32,311 nt of DNA from a virus (IMGVR_UViG_3300038829_000260:1-32311); one strand, 5' to 3'. Positions 1 through 9,773 are shown, counted from the first letter of the stretch. Program-made: numbers and translations. The notes: generated by a model not told the origin, from the sequence alone.

Positions 1-306
1 TTAGTTTACCCCTGCAAATTTGTTGATCAACCCATCCACCACCGCCTGCACATCCGCATCGTTACTCTGGCGGCCCTTAGCGTAGATCGAGGGGGAGGTC
101 ACAATATCCCAGGACATCCTCTCGGCCATCCCCTCGGCGTTCGTCAGCGCATCGGTCGCCCATTGCAGCCGCAAGGCGTGCCCCGGCGTCTTACCATCTT
201 CGGTCCGCACGGCCTGGGCCGCCAGCGCCACCGCTACCGTCGCCCGATACTTGAGGTCTTGGCTCTCAAACCGCAGATAATGCAGATAGGAATAATCCAT
301 CATCAC
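1..306 (-). CDS. hypothetical phage protein (101 aa) downstream of tail genes
   Basis: GAGGAGG RBS just upstream of GTG/ATG starts; directly follows stop of tail gene at 314. Confidence 0.75.
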   Translation of the reverse strand: MMMDYSYLHYLRFESQDLKYRATVAVALAAQAVRTEDGKTPGHALRLQWATDALTNAEGMAERMSWDIVTSPSIYAKGRQSNDADVQAVVDGLINKFAGVN

Positions 307-313
307 CTCCTCA

Positions 314-1150
314 TTACGTCGTCGCCGTCAGGGTCAGCGTCCAGGTGTAGCGCCGCACCGTTGAGGCATCTTTCGCATAGTCGCTGTGGGTATCTCGACA
401 GAACAGCGTCCCGCCGCTCACCGCGTTGCGGAGTCCCGCTTCGCGCAGCGTCGAGCTATTCGCGCGTCGCGAGCCAAGATAGCCCTCGATCTCCAACACC
501 CCCGTGCCGGTCCGTCGCATCCGCACAAGCGCATTTGCCGTCGCTTCCGCCCCCAACGCCGTATCGGTGACCGCAAAGGCCGTCGCATTCGTGCCGTAGC
601 CGATATAGGTCAGCTTGGCCACGGAGTCGCCCTTCAGCAGATCGCACAGCAGATTCAGCCCCGCCGTCGTCACCCGCCGCACCGTGCCAAACGTCACCCG
701 CCAGACATAGGTGATGGTCACATTCGCCGTCTTGCCGATCCCGGTATGCGTCACACGGCCGAACAGGGTCCCGCCACTGGAGGCGTTGAGCATGCCCGCC
801 TCGGTCAGCGTGGATCCGTTCGCAGAGGCTTGGGGTAAAAAATACGTCACGGTCAGGGTGCCCGCCGCTCTGCTCATGCGCGTAATCGCCGCACGGAAGA
901 CCTCAGTCTGGAGGGTCGTATCGGCAGCCGCCGGGGCCGTGGTTCCAGTGCCCACACCGAAGTAGGTGAGGCGGGCCGTCGTGTCGCCCTTCAGCAAATC
1001 CAGTGTCAAATTCAACCCGCTCGACGGGATTTTGTTACTCGCCCGGATCGTCCGCAGCCGGCGGCCGGTGTGGGCACAGCGGACGATCAGGCGCACGTTC
1101 GTCCGCACGCAGGCCAATGCCTCACAGGCCAACGCTGGCGCGTTACGCAC
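314..1150 (-). CDS. minor tail / tail-fibre attachment protein with two tandem copies of one domain (~278 aa)
   Basis: Motif G(V/Y)GT..TA...DT.L..E....AN.STL.EAG..NA.SGGTLF.R.TH...K occurs twice; GTG at 1150 follows GGAGG; the ORF-track extension to 1375 overlaps the upstream gene. Confidence 0.7.
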   Translation of the reverse strand: MRNAPALACEALACVRTNVRLIVRCAHTGRRLRTIRASNKIPSSGLNLTLDLLKGDTTARLTYFGVGTGTTAPAAADTTLQTEVFRAAITRMSRAAGTLTVTYFLPQASANGSTLTEAGMLNASSGGTLFGRVTHTGIGKTANVTITYVWRVTFGTVRRVTTAGLNLLCDLLKGDSVAKLTYIGYGTNATAFAVTDTALGAEATANALVRMRRTGTGVLEIEGYLGSRRANSSTLREAGLRNAVSGGTLFCRDTHSDYAKDASTVRRYTWTLTLTATT

Positions 1151-3356
1151 CGCCCACCTCCGCAAACCCGCACTGCGCCGTCCCCACCACGGCCACCGCA
1201 AACGTCGAGCTGGTAATCGTGAGGGCATCATCGACCGCCACCGTGTCCGTGAACTGGCGAATCTGGCGGACCACATCATTGTCCCGCGCATGCGGGGCCT
1301 GCCCCGCCATCGCCAACCGGCGGAAGAAGTCGGCCTCGTCGTGATGGGGCTCCGTCCGGACCGCTTGCACGCCATACCGCAGCCGGTCGTCAGCCGTCAC
1401 CGACACGCGCACAGACGTAATCAACCAGTGCCCCGACACCGCATACGCCGGCACGTCCGTCGTCAGCATCTGCCCCGCGAGGAACCCGCTCGAGAACGTG
1501 TCAAAGGACAGCTCCTGGGCAAACTCCGAAAACTCGCGCAACAGCGCCAGCGTCTTCTCATTGACGAAGTCTTCGCCGTCTAAGCTCGACAGGTTTTCGA
1601 GCGATTCATACCGCCCGGTCGTTCCCTCCAAGATCGCCCGCTTGGCAATCGCCGCGTCGTCCTGTGCCGCCGTAAACACCTGGTAAAAATAGGTGTAGGT
1701 CACGGCCAGCGTGTCCGTGCTGATCAGCACCGTGCCGCCGGAATCCTGCGACACCTCCGTGCTCTTCTCGTTCCAATACCAGTCCTTCCCCGTGTCCACA
1801 TCGCGGATGCCGAGGGTCTTCGCCGAGCCATTCTTCGTCACCGCCACCAACGAGGCCATCGACTGTTTCACGGTAAAGGTGGTCCGCTTGCCATCGCCAG
1901 AAAACTGCTCCGTCACCGCGTCGGAAATGCCATTGCCCCCCTGCACGTATTGCGCATTGCGATAGCGTGAACGGTCCAGGCTCGTCCGCAGCGACCCCTC
2001 CAAGAATTGCCCCGTCAACGTGAACGGCGCGGGGTTAGTCTCTCGCGCAAAAAAATGGAGCCGCTTATCAGGGTCGATATACCAACTGAAGCCCACCAGC
2101 CGAGCCAGCTCCGTAAAGATCGCCTCCGCCGAAATCCAATTCGCCGGGTATTTGGTCACCACCGGCCCCGCATCGATAAACCGGGCGACAATGCCCTCGG
2201 TCGCCAACGTCGTCGACACCACGTCCTGCACAATGGCATCCGCCGTGTACCCGCTATAATCCTTGGCCAACAACCGCCGCGTCGCCAGCTGCTCCCAGCT
2301 CTCGGCCTCGCAGCGGTAGAACACCGCCTTGCCGCCTGGGGCCTGCTCCCGCCGCACGCGCGACAGTTGCCCGTTGAAAACCACCATGTCGGGTTCGGTA
2401 GAGAATTGCACTTCATAGACCTGTCCGCTAGAGCCCCCGCCGAACAGCCGCCAATACTGATGGGCGCCAACGGATGCCCACGAGATGGTCGAGAAGGCCC
2501 CATCGGCCCCGCTGTTCCAGCCGGACGCACAGATCGACCAGCTCGCGCCATCGTCCGAATAATGGATATCCCAGATCGCGCTGTACGTCCCACTGGCGTA
2601 CATGCGGCAAGCCCGAAAGGCTCGCGTCACGCCACCCAATACGTTGATTTGGACAGTCCCGCCAGCGGTCATGCTGAACGCCAGGGTGCCCACGTCGCCG
2701 TTGTTGATCCTCTCTGCTGTCCCTGCGAGGGTGATACCACCGGAGACGCTCCAATGTGACGCGCTATTCCACAACTCCACCCCGTCGAGCACCTCCACGG
2801 TCTCGCCCAACTGCGGCCCATCCTCATCAAACTGTGTCTCGTAAATCCACGCGCCTGTAGCACCCCAGACATCAGTTTTCCGCAGCCGCCAATAGCGATG
2901 CGCGCCCACCGAGGCCCACACCGCCACGGAGAACGCCCCATCGGCCCCGCTATTCCACCCGCTCTTCGCCAGCAGCCAGGTCGTCGCATCGTCGGAACAC
3001 TCGACATCCCAGCTCCCGTCAAAGGTGCCAGACGCCCACATCCGGCACCGCACCATCGGCCTGGGCTCTCCACAATTGAGCACCAGCGTCGAGCCGATCC
3101 CTCCTGAGCCCACATGCCACGCCAGATCGGTAAAGGTGCCATTATTGATCAACGCCGCGTCATTGATCACCAGGCCGCCCGCCACACTCCACGCACTCGC
3201 CCCATAGCGCGTCACATAGAGCCGATGATCGTCCGGGCGCTCCACCAGGGTGAACGACAACGGATTGCGCTCGTTGATCCGATCCTCGGTCTCCAACGAC
3301 CCCGCCAATAGCAGGTCTCCACGATCCACCCCGTCAATGCGCATCAACCACGCCAT
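1143..3356 (-). CDS. tail tip / baseplate-hub-like protein with two discoidin (F5/8-C)-like modules (737 aa)
   Basis: Follows tape measure gene with TAATG overlap; two repeats of CRM.ASGT...WD...SDD...W....SGWNSGADGAFS...WASVGAH.YWRL; hub-like FTELARLVGFSWYIDPDKRLHF. Confidence 0.7.
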   Translation of the reverse strand: MAWLMRIDGVDRGDLLLAGSLETEDRINERNPLSFTLVERPDDHRLYVTRYGASAWSVAGGLVINDAALINNGTFTDLAWHVGSGGIGSTLVLNCGEPRPMVRCRMWASGTFDGSWDVECSDDATTWLLAKSGWNSGADGAFSVAVWASVGAHRYWRLRKTDVWGATGAWIYETQFDEDGPQLGETVEVLDGVELWNSASHWSVSGGITLAGTAERINNGDVGTLAFSMTAGGTVQINVLGGVTRAFRACRMYASGTYSAIWDIHYSDDGASWSICASGWNSGADGAFSTISWASVGAHQYWRLFGGGSSGQVYEVQFSTEPDMVVFNGQLSRVRREQAPGGKAVFYRCEAESWEQLATRRLLAKDYSGYTADAIVQDVVSTTLATEGIVARFIDAGPVVTKYPANWISAEAIFTELARLVGFSWYIDPDKRLHFFARETNPAPFTLTGQFLEGSLRTSLDRSRYRNAQYVQGGNGISDAVTEQFSGDGKRTTFTVKQSMASLVAVTKNGSAKTLGIRDVDTGKDWYWNEKSTEVSQDSGGTVLISTDTLAVTYTYFYQVFTAAQDDAAIAKRAILEGTTGRYESLENLSSLDGEDFVNEKTLALLREFSEFAQELSFDTFSSGFLAGQMLTTDVPAYAVSGHWLITSVRVSVTADDRLRYGVQAVRTEPHHDEADFFRRLAMAGQAPHARDNDVVRQIRQFTDTVAVDDALTITSSTFAVAVVGTAQCGFAEVGGA

Positions 3357-6244
3357 TAGCCGATCGCTCCCAACCGCGCCTGCACCACCGCCGGCATCCC
3401 GCGCACCACCATCTCGGAGAGCTTCCGTTCGTCGAGATATAGGTTGATCTGCTGCATCCCGCCGCTCCCGCCGCCGATCCCCACGGAATTTAGAAAGTCT
3501 CGTCCACGCGAATCCAGCGGAACCATCATCTCCGGTGACCCCGCCTCAGCCACCATGCCCAACGTCGGTCCCATGGCGATCCCGCCAGCAGCAAATGGCG
3601 TCGCCATGGCTGCCGTCGTCGCCACGATCGCGCCACCAAGGGCAACCTGGATCGCAGCCGTCCCTGCGGCCACGGCCGCCCCGCCAGCGCCAGCAACAGC
3701 CGCGGCAGCCGCGGCATACACCGGAGCCATTGGTGCCCCCACAATGCTGAGAGCCAACGCTGTGGCCATGGCAGCAAACACGCCCGCAGTCGCTACCACC
3801 ACGGCGGCCATGGTCGCCATCGCCGCATCACCCACGGCCCCAATGCTGGCCAGCGAGGTAAACGCGCCAGCGAGGATCACTTTATTGGTGGCGGTGGTGA
3901 TGCCCAGCCGAGCCGCCTCAGCCGTCGCCGTGGCTGCGGTTTTCGCGCTTTCCATCGCGGTATGCGCACCGACCAGCGCCGAGGCCGCGGAAGTGCCCTG
4001 CACCATCATGAGCACCTGTTGGGCCACAAACTGGATGCCGAAATTGATCACCGACTGCAACATCGTTTGTTGCATCGATTCCCAAAACTGGGTGAACGTC
4101 CCGGTGCCCCGAATCCAACTCGCCGTCGCCGCACTAAACTGCGTGGTGATCGTGGACAGCGTGAACACATTCGAATCGGCCAACTGCTTGAGCTGTTGTG
4201 CCCAAAACGAGGGGAACTGCGTCGCAATCTGTTGCAGCTGGGCGGACTTGGCCTGATGAATTTGCACAATCAACGCCGCCGCCTGCGCTTCGTCGGCCAC
4301 ATGCTTCTGCACCCATTGCAGCCGATCCAGCGCCGTGAATTCGGCTTCCATCCGCGCGCGCTGTTCGCCGTGCAGGGTGGAGAGGTATAAATCATCCGAG
4401 AGCCGCGCAGCCTCCCCCTTGAAGCGCTCGGCGGCAATCAACTTGTTCGCGGTAAACTGTCCATAGGCCTGCTCCGCTCGGCTCAATCCCTCCAATTCGG
4501 CATCCATCGCCGCAATGGCCGCCTCTTCACGCTGCACCATTGCATCGATCTCGCGTTGATTGCTGGCCGCGCGAATCGCCGCCCCGGTGGTGGCGTTGTA
4601 GCGTTCCGCACGGCCGAACCCTTCCTGATTCCGTTCCTGCTCAGCCCAAAACCCCTCGAACGCTGACGCGGCCGCCTGCTCCGAATCCACCAGCGCATTC
4701 AATTGCGCGGCCACGATCTGGGCCCCAATAGTGCCGTTATGCCGGAGCGCCCGCCCATAGCCCTCTTGATTGCGTTCCTGCTGCGCCCAAAAATCTTCAA
4801 ACGCCACGGCGGCCGCCTGCTCCGCATCAATGAGTGCGTTGGCCAGCGTGTCGCCCATCGCGCGCGACGAGAGCGCGTTCGCCAGTTCCGCCTTCCCCAG
4901 CCCTTCCTGAATGAATCCAATGCCGAATTGCGGCGAGATGCTGAATCCGAGCGAGGTCCCTATGTCGCCCGTGGAAGGGAACAAGGGGTCGAGAATATGC
5001 CCTGATTGGTTCGTGAAATCCTTTTCCAGGTTATCGAACAGCTCCTTCGAAATGCGGGCCGATACCGCCCGGCTCGCCACATCGTTCGTCACGATCGCGC
5101 GGCCTAACCCCTCCTGCACGCTCCGTTGAAACGCCTGTAGCTCCTCCCGCTGTTTCACCAGGATCTGGGTGGTACTCACGATCCCCTTACCGAGCCGCTC
5201 CTGATCGGCCGCCAATTCCTTCACCGCCACCGACGCCCCCCGCGTCGCCGACGTCCCAGCCTCCAGCCCACTCAGCCGTTGCCGATCCGCATCCACGCTC
5301 TTGATCAGCGCCGCCGTTTCCGCATCGATGCCTTGCACCCGCTGGAGCGTGGCCTTCCAGGCATCCAGCGACAGCACGTTGGTCGAAAACAATTGTTCGC
5401 CCACCGCCTGCATCGCCAGGAACAACCCACGGAAGCGCAGCCCGAGCTTCTCCGCCGCATCGACCAGCCCCACAAACACATGCGTGCTCAGCTGGATCCC
5501 CATCGCCGCCAAATCGGTAAACCACTTGATCGACGGCGCAAACGCCGCCGCCACTTGGGTCTTAAACCCTGCCAGCGACGAATCCAGATCGTCAAACGCA
5601 TCATCCACGGCCGTCAGATCTCGCCGCTGCACCTCGCTCAACACCAAACCCATCGCCCGCGCCGCCGCCGCCGATTCGTCGATCGCTTTCGTCCCGCCTT
5701 TCAGAAAGAGGGCCAGATCGAGCGCGCCACGCCCCAACAACGCCGTCATGCGCGCGGTCTTCTCCGAGCCGTCTTCCATCTGAGACAGGCGATCCACCAC
5801 TAACCGCAGGAGTTCTTCATTATTCGCGACCTTCGTTAGGTCAATATCCATCGCGCGGAAGGTCTTTGCCGCATCACTCCCGGCATCGTTCGCCTCCACC
5901 ACGTTTTGCGCCAGGGTTTTGGACGCATGGGCCAGGGCTGCCCCTGACGTATGCGCCCGCCGCAACCCCACCGACCATTCTTCCATCGTCCGCGCGGACG
6001 TGCCGGTGATCGCCGCCAGATGTTCCGTCATCTCAGCCTGCGCCGCAAATTCTTTCGTCAGCTCCACCACGTCGCCGATCATCGACTTGATCTTAAGACC
6101 CACCGCCGCCGTGGAGACGCCCTTAAACACAGACTCCGCCTTGGAGGCGAGCGAGGTCAGGATCTCCTCGCTCGCCTTGGCCTCTTTTATCAGCCCATCG
6201 GCCTCAGCCAAAATCTTGATCAGAAAGTCCGTGCTCTGTCCCAT
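3356..6244 (-). CDS. tail tape measure protein (962 aa)
   Basis: Long Ala-rich helical protein right after the tail chaperones; hydrophobic Ala/Gly C-terminal region; C-terminal FAAGG...GPT..MVAEAGSPE motif typical of tape measure proteins. Confidence 0.9.
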   Translation of the reverse strand: MGQSTDFLIKILAEADGLIKEAKASEEILTSLASKAESVFKGVSTAAVGLKIKSMIGDVVELTKEFAAQAEMTEHLAAITGTSARTMEEWSVGLRRAHTSGAALAHASKTLAQNVVEANDAGSDAAKTFRAMDIDLTKVANNEELLRLVVDRLSQMEDGSEKTARMTALLGRGALDLALFLKGGTKAIDESAAAARAMGLVLSEVQRRDLTAVDDAFDDLDSSLAGFKTQVAAAFAPSIKWFTDLAAMGIQLSTHVFVGLVDAAEKLGLRFRGLFLAMQAVGEQLFSTNVLSLDAWKATLQRVQGIDAETAALIKSVDADRQRLSGLEAGTSATRGASVAVKELAADQERLGKGIVSTTQILVKQREELQAFQRSVQEGLGRAIVTNDVASRAVSARISKELFDNLEKDFTNQSGHILDPLFPSTGDIGTSLGFSISPQFGIGFIQEGLGKAELANALSSRAMGDTLANALIDAEQAAAVAFEDFWAQQERNQEGYGRALRHNGTIGAQIVAAQLNALVDSEQAAASAFEGFWAEQERNQEGFGRAERYNATTGAAIRAASNQREIDAMVQREEAAIAAMDAELEGLSRAEQAYGQFTANKLIAAERFKGEAARLSDDLYLSTLHGEQRARMEAEFTALDRLQWVQKHVADEAQAAALIVQIHQAKSAQLQQIATQFPSFWAQQLKQLADSNVFTLSTITTQFSAATASWIRGTGTFTQFWESMQQTMLQSVINFGIQFVAQQVLMMVQGTSAASALVGAHTAMESAKTAATATAEAARLGITTATNKVILAGAFTSLASIGAVGDAAMATMAAVVVATAGVFAAMATALALSIVGAPMAPVYAAAAAAVAGAGGAAVAAGTAAIQVALGGAIVATTAAMATPFAAGGIAMGPTLGMVAEAGSPEMMVPLDSRGRDFLNSVGIGGGSGGMQQINLYLDERKLSEMVVRGMPAVVQARLGAIG

Positions 6245-6246
6245 GG

Positions 6247-6603
6247 CTAGCGGTGTCCTCGTGAGATCGCGGCCCCGGCGTTAAACGCCACGGCCACATC
6301 CGTAAACGTGGCCTGCAACTTGCGCCGCAAGACGTCTGGATCGGGCACATCCTTGGCCGTCTTCGGCAAAAAGTCTTCCGGCGCGGCGGCCTTGCCGCCC
6401 TTGCGCCGGTTCAAGTTGTGCTGCTGCGCCGCCAAAATGCCGACGCGATAGCGCGCCTCCAACGGGCCAAATGGTTCGAGCCGCGCATAGGCCATCCACT
6501 CCGTCAACTCGCGGGATGAGATCGTCCGGAGCAACTCGGCCCGCGTCCTGCCGAGGGCCAAGGCCAGGCGGAACGTGAACCGCCGATCCGGACGTCTTAG
6601 GAG
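6247..6603 (-). CDS. tail assembly chaperone, frameshifted (gpT-like) portion
   Basis: -1 frame opens at the slippery site and reads LLRRPDRRFTFRLALALGRTRAELLRTISSRELTEWMAYARLEPFG, a typical gpT-like segment. Confidence 0.8.
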   Translation of the reverse strand, partial: LLRRPDRRFTFRLALALGRTRAELLRTISSRELTEWMAYARLEPFGPLEARYRVGILAAQQHNLNRRKGGKAAAPEDFLPKTAKDVPDPDVLRRKLQATFTDVAVAFNAGAAISRGHR

Positions 6604-6953
6604 TTTTTTGACGCCGCATCCCCATCCTCATCCCGCAAGCCCGACAACCGCGTACAGACCTCGGCCACGCGCTTGAGCGCCTTGCCGTTGCGCGTGCCCA
6701 ACTGCGCCACATCGGCCTCGCTAAACAGCCGCGCGCCGTGTTCATCGATGACGCACAAGGACACGAGCTTGGCGGAAATATTGTCATAGTTCAGCCGCAC
6801 CCGCTTGCCCTCGATCTGCACGCGCGCCCCTTCGTATTCATCCCGCTCTGCGCCCGTCATCCCCCGCACGATCACATCGCCGCCCCACTCGGGGACAGCG
6901 ACCACCTCCTGCTGAAGATCATCGATCTGAAAAATCTGGTCTCGTGTCAACAT
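6597..6953 (-). CDS. tail assembly chaperone gpG-like (118 aa)
   Basis: MLTRDQIF...VPEWGGDVIVRGMTGAERD...KNS; GGAGG RBS before ATG 6953; lies between tail tube and tape measure genes. Confidence 0.85.
   Translation of the reverse strand: MLTRDQIFQIDDLQQEVVAVPEWGGDVIVRGMTGAERDEYEGARVQIEGKRVRLNYDNISAKLVSLCVIDEHGARLFSEADVAQLGTRNGKALKRVAEVCTRLSGLRDEDGDAASKNS
6603..6609 (-). other. programmed -1 ribosomal frameshift heptamer A AAA AAC
   Basis: X XXY YYZ heptamer just before the gpG stop (TCA AAA AAC TCC TAA); the -1 frame is continuous with ORF 6247-6561. Confidence 0.85.
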
Positions 6954-7015
6954 CGTGAACCGCCTCCCTGTTAGTGAATCTGCACCCTCGACGCCAGCCA
7001 TTGCGGCCAGACGCG

Positions 7016-7381
7016 CTATCCCGGCAGCTGCAACACACAGAACTTGATGTTGTTGTCCTCACCCTCCAAGTGGAACACGCTGCTCCCTTGGTCCCATCCG
7101 ATCAGCGAGCCCACCCAAAAGGCCGCGTACTCGCCTGCCGCCAACGAGTACGCAGAGATATCGCCGCTCCGCTTTTGTGGGTCTGGCGCCGAGGTTAAGG
7201 TGAACGTCTTGGCCGCCGACGCATGCACATTGGTGACGAGAATCAAATCGCGTCCGCCGCAGGAAAATTGGTTTTTGTTGACGCTGTCCGCCGCGATGAA
7301 CGTCACGTCTAAGGCGTTCGCCGCCACCGTGCCAGGGAAGGGGCCTTTCGGCACCGTCGGGGTTATTACAGTCCGTGCCAT
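7016..7381 (-). CDS. putative virion structural/decoration protein (121 aa)
   Basis: AAGGAG RBS; beta-rich Thr/Ala/Gly composition; inside the tail operon. Confidence 0.65.
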   Translation of the reverse strand: MARTVITPTVPKGPFPGTVAANALDVTFIAADSVNKNQFSCGGRDLILVTNVHASAAKTFTLTSAPDPQKRSGDISAYSLAAGEYAAFWVGSLIGWDQGSSVFHLEGEDNNIKFCVLQLPG

Positions 7382-7454
7382 CGTGTACTCCTTTGTCTTC
7401 GGTTGCGTGCCAGTCTGTTGGTCATCACCCGTTCACGCGCCAGTGATGGCGCGG

Positions 7455-7889
7455 TTACACCGTCGCGAACGTCGGGGCCTTGGTGATCGTCAGCGTCACA
7501 GACGCCTCTAATGTCCCGTCGACTGTGGCTTTCGGCGGCATTTTGCTGATGAACGCCTCAAACGAAATGTCGACGACCGTCGACCCTGGGTACCAGATCT
7601 GGTAATTCCTCTTGGTCCGGGCGATCTGATCCGCGCGCATCGCCCGATGCACCGTGGAACTGGGCACCAGATTCAAATCAAACGACACTTCGCCCGCATC
7701 GATCAACGTCGCCAGCTTTTCTTTGAACGCCCCCGCGGCCGCCGAGCTGTGCGTGGTGACCTCAAGCACATCCGTCTCCATGCTCGGCCCTTCGATGTCC
7801 TTCACCTCTGCGATGCTGGTGAACACTTCCGGAGACGCGCTGTCCCCGCGTTTCAGCATGGTCCCATACGATGAAATAGCATCACTCAT
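7455..7889 (-). CDS. major tail tube protein (lambda gpV-like)
   Basis: YGTMLKRGD...FTSIAEVKDIEGP...EVTTH...LIDAGEVSF...FEAFI...LEASVTLTIT; AGGAGG RBS. Confidence 0.9.
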   Translation of the reverse strand: MSDAISSYGTMLKRGDSASPEVFTSIAEVKDIEGPSMETDVLEVTTHSSAAAGAFKEKLATLIDAGEVSFDLNLVPSSTVHRAMRADQIARTKRNYQIWYPGSTVVDISFEAFISKMPPKATVDGTLEASVTLTITKAPTFATV

Positions 7890-7917
7890 ACGATCCTCCT
7901 TGTGAAAAAGTGACGGC

Positions 7918-8367
7918 TTACGGCTGCCCGAGAGGGCGGCTGTAGTGCACCGTCACGGTGATTTCCGCATACGCCCACGCTTCGATCGCGAAGCTCGCTT
8001 CATCCGTCGACACCGACGGCGGATCCGTCTTGATCGCCAACCCGCCGAACGTCGGATCCAAAAACAGCGCCGTCAGCACATCGCCCACCGCCCGCTGCAA
8101 CACGGTCCGCCGGTCCACATCCTGCTTCACCCACACCACCACGATCACCGTCTGCTGCACCGTGACGGACGGGTAGGCCCCCCGCACGGACGTCGACTCA
8201 CCCTCGATCACGCCATAAAACGGCGTCCCCACCACCTGTGAAAAATTCTTCCAATCCCGCGCCACCGCCTCGCCCGGCGTATACCAATACAGCTCCCCAG
8301 CGACGATCGCACTCAGGCGCGCCACCATGCGGGTCAGCAGCTGTTCCGTCTTGGGTTCCAACGGCAT
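7918..8367 (-). CDS. putative tail terminator / tail completion protein
   Basis: 149 aa, directly upstream of tail tube gene; C-terminal DPTFGGLA...AEITVTVHY. Confidence 0.65.
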   Translation of the reverse strand: MPLEPKTEQLLTRMVARLSAIVAGELYWYTPGEAVARDWKNFSQVVGTPFYGVIEGESTSVRGAYPSVTVQQTVIVVVWVKQDVDRRTVLQRAVGDVLTALFLDPTFGGLAIKTDPPSVSTDEASFAIEAWAYAEITVTVHYSRPLGQP

Positions 8368-8369
8368 CG

Positions 8370-8882
8370 TTACCCTCGCTCCCAGGTCTCAGCAATAATC
8401 CGCGCGAATCGATCGCGGCCCGCCGGCAACGCTTCGGCAAACGACGGCCGTAAATACGGCCGCGCGGGCATCTTCACCGCCGGAATGCGCACCGACTTCG
8501 CAAACGCCACTCCGGCTGTTCCCCCAGCGCCGCCGCTCACCGGAAACCGCAACGCCTTCCCATGCCGTGGCCGCACCACATGCGCCGGGATCGTGCCGCC
8601 TTCTTCCAAAATTCGCGCATACACCGCCTGCGCCCCGAGACTGCCCTCCACGCCGGTCTCCGTCGCCGTCGTCTTCGCAGGCCCCAGCGAGCGCCGCAAA
8701 TGCCCACTGCGCACCCGGAGCACTGGGCCAGAAATCTTCTTACTCGCAAGGCCCCACACCTCGTTCAAGGTCTCCTGCATGGCCTGCTTCAGCCCCGGCC
8801 GTAACTTCCGAGCCAGCTGCTTTAGCTTGTCCGGCGCGGTGGACACGACGCCGACCCGAATGCGAAAGTTCCCGTCGCTCAT
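8370..8882 (-). CDS. HK97 gp10-like neck / tail completion protein
   Basis: VRSGHLRRS...YARILEEGG...MPARPYLRPSF motifs; position in neck cluster. Confidence 0.8.
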   Translation of the reverse strand: MSDGNFRIRVGVVSTAPDKLKQLARKLRPGLKQAMQETLNEVWGLASKKISGPVLRVRSGHLRRSLGPAKTTATETGVEGSLGAQAVYARILEEGGTIPAHVVRPRHGKALRFPVSGGAGGTAGVAFAKSVRIPAVKMPARPYLRPSFAEALPAGRDRFARIIAETWERG

Positions 8883-9442
8883 CTATCCACCTTGGTGTAC
8901 CGCTCCAACGTGTCCCGCACCGCATCCAACCTCGACCGCTGGTAGGTCGTCACGGACCCATCCGCAATGCTCTGGCTCTGAATCCCGAGTAACGCCTTGT
9001 CCCCCAGATCCCGCGTCAGCCACACCAGTTCGACGGCCGCCTGGGCCAGGTCCGCCGGCACCGTGGCATAGCCCGCCACATACACCACCTTCACGTTATT
9101 GATCCCCACGTCGAACGCCGTGCCATCCAGCGTCACGATCCCCGCGTTGGCATCCTCCAACACGTAGTCACTCGCCGCGAGGACCGTGTCCGAGCCATAG
9201 ACCCGCTCCGCGTCATCGTAGAGCGAGGTGATCGACGCCACGGGGTACTGCCGCAGCCGCAGCGACACCTGGCCCGACCGGGTCGAGTGATATTCCGTCA
9301 CGGTGGCCTGCTCGATCGTCCGTTGGACGTAGTTCGCGACGAAGGCATCCACCGCCAGAATCAACCGGGCAATCTCCGCATCGTGCTGCGTGCCGGTGAT
9401 GTTTTTGAACGCCTTGACGGTCGCGAGCGTGGTCAAACTCAT
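8879..9442 (-). CDS. head-tail adaptor / connector protein
   Basis: MSLTTLATVKAF...D.EI..LI.A...YPVASITS...VVYVAGYATVPADLAQAA. Confidence 0.8.
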   Translation of the reverse strand: MSLTTLATVKAFKNITGTQHDAEIARLILAVDAFVANYVQRTIEQATVTEYHSTRSGQVSLRLRQYPVASITSLYDDAERVYGSDTVLAASDYVLEDANAGIVTLDGTAFDVGINNVKVVYVAGYATVPADLAQAAVELVWLTRDLGDKALLGIQSQSIADGSVTTYQRSRLDAVRDTLERYTKVDR

Positions 9443-9445
9443 GGC

Positions 9446-9676
9446 TTACTTATTCTCCGTCGGCCCATCGGCCATCTTGGTGTTGTTCCCGCCGCCCTCT
9501 TTTTTCGGCGGCACGATCTTCCCCCAGTCTTCCGCCACAAACACCGTGGCTAAGGCCGCCGGGAGATCGTAGGTCTTGCCCGCCTCATACCGTTGCACCG
9601 CAATGCCATCCGGTGAGCCTTCTCGGGTCTTCGTCATCTTCACCGTCACACTCTGTGGTTCCATCGCTCGTCGCAT
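9446..9676 (-). CDS. small hypothetical head-region protein (76 aa)
   Basis: AAAGGAG RBS before ATG 9676; C-terminal ...PTENK as often seen in small genes after HK97-type capsids. Confidence 0.65.
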   Translation of the reverse strand: MRRAMEPQSVTVKMTKTREGSPDGIAVQRYEAGKTYDLPAALATVFVAEDWGKIVPPKKEGGGNNTKMADGPTENK

Positions 9677-9723
9677 CGTCGCTCCTTTCGTTACACTCGC
9701 ATGCAGAGGGTGACGCCAGAGGA

Positions 9724-9751
9724 GGGACGCGCGGCCTGCGCCGCGCGTCCC
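9724..9751. other. perfect 12-bp GC-rich stem-loop (possible mRNA stabiliser or pause site)
   Basis: GGGACGCGCGGC-CTGC-GCCGCGCGTCCC in the intergenic gap; no U-tract on the coding strand. Confidence 0.55.
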
Positions 9752-9773
9752 GTGCCTCACGGCATCAACCCAA

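Noticed and set aside
2440-3060. Diversity-generating retroelement TR/VR pair in the tail gene
   Set aside because: Both repeats are in frame in one protein, differences are not adenine-specific, and there is no reverse transcriptase in the window
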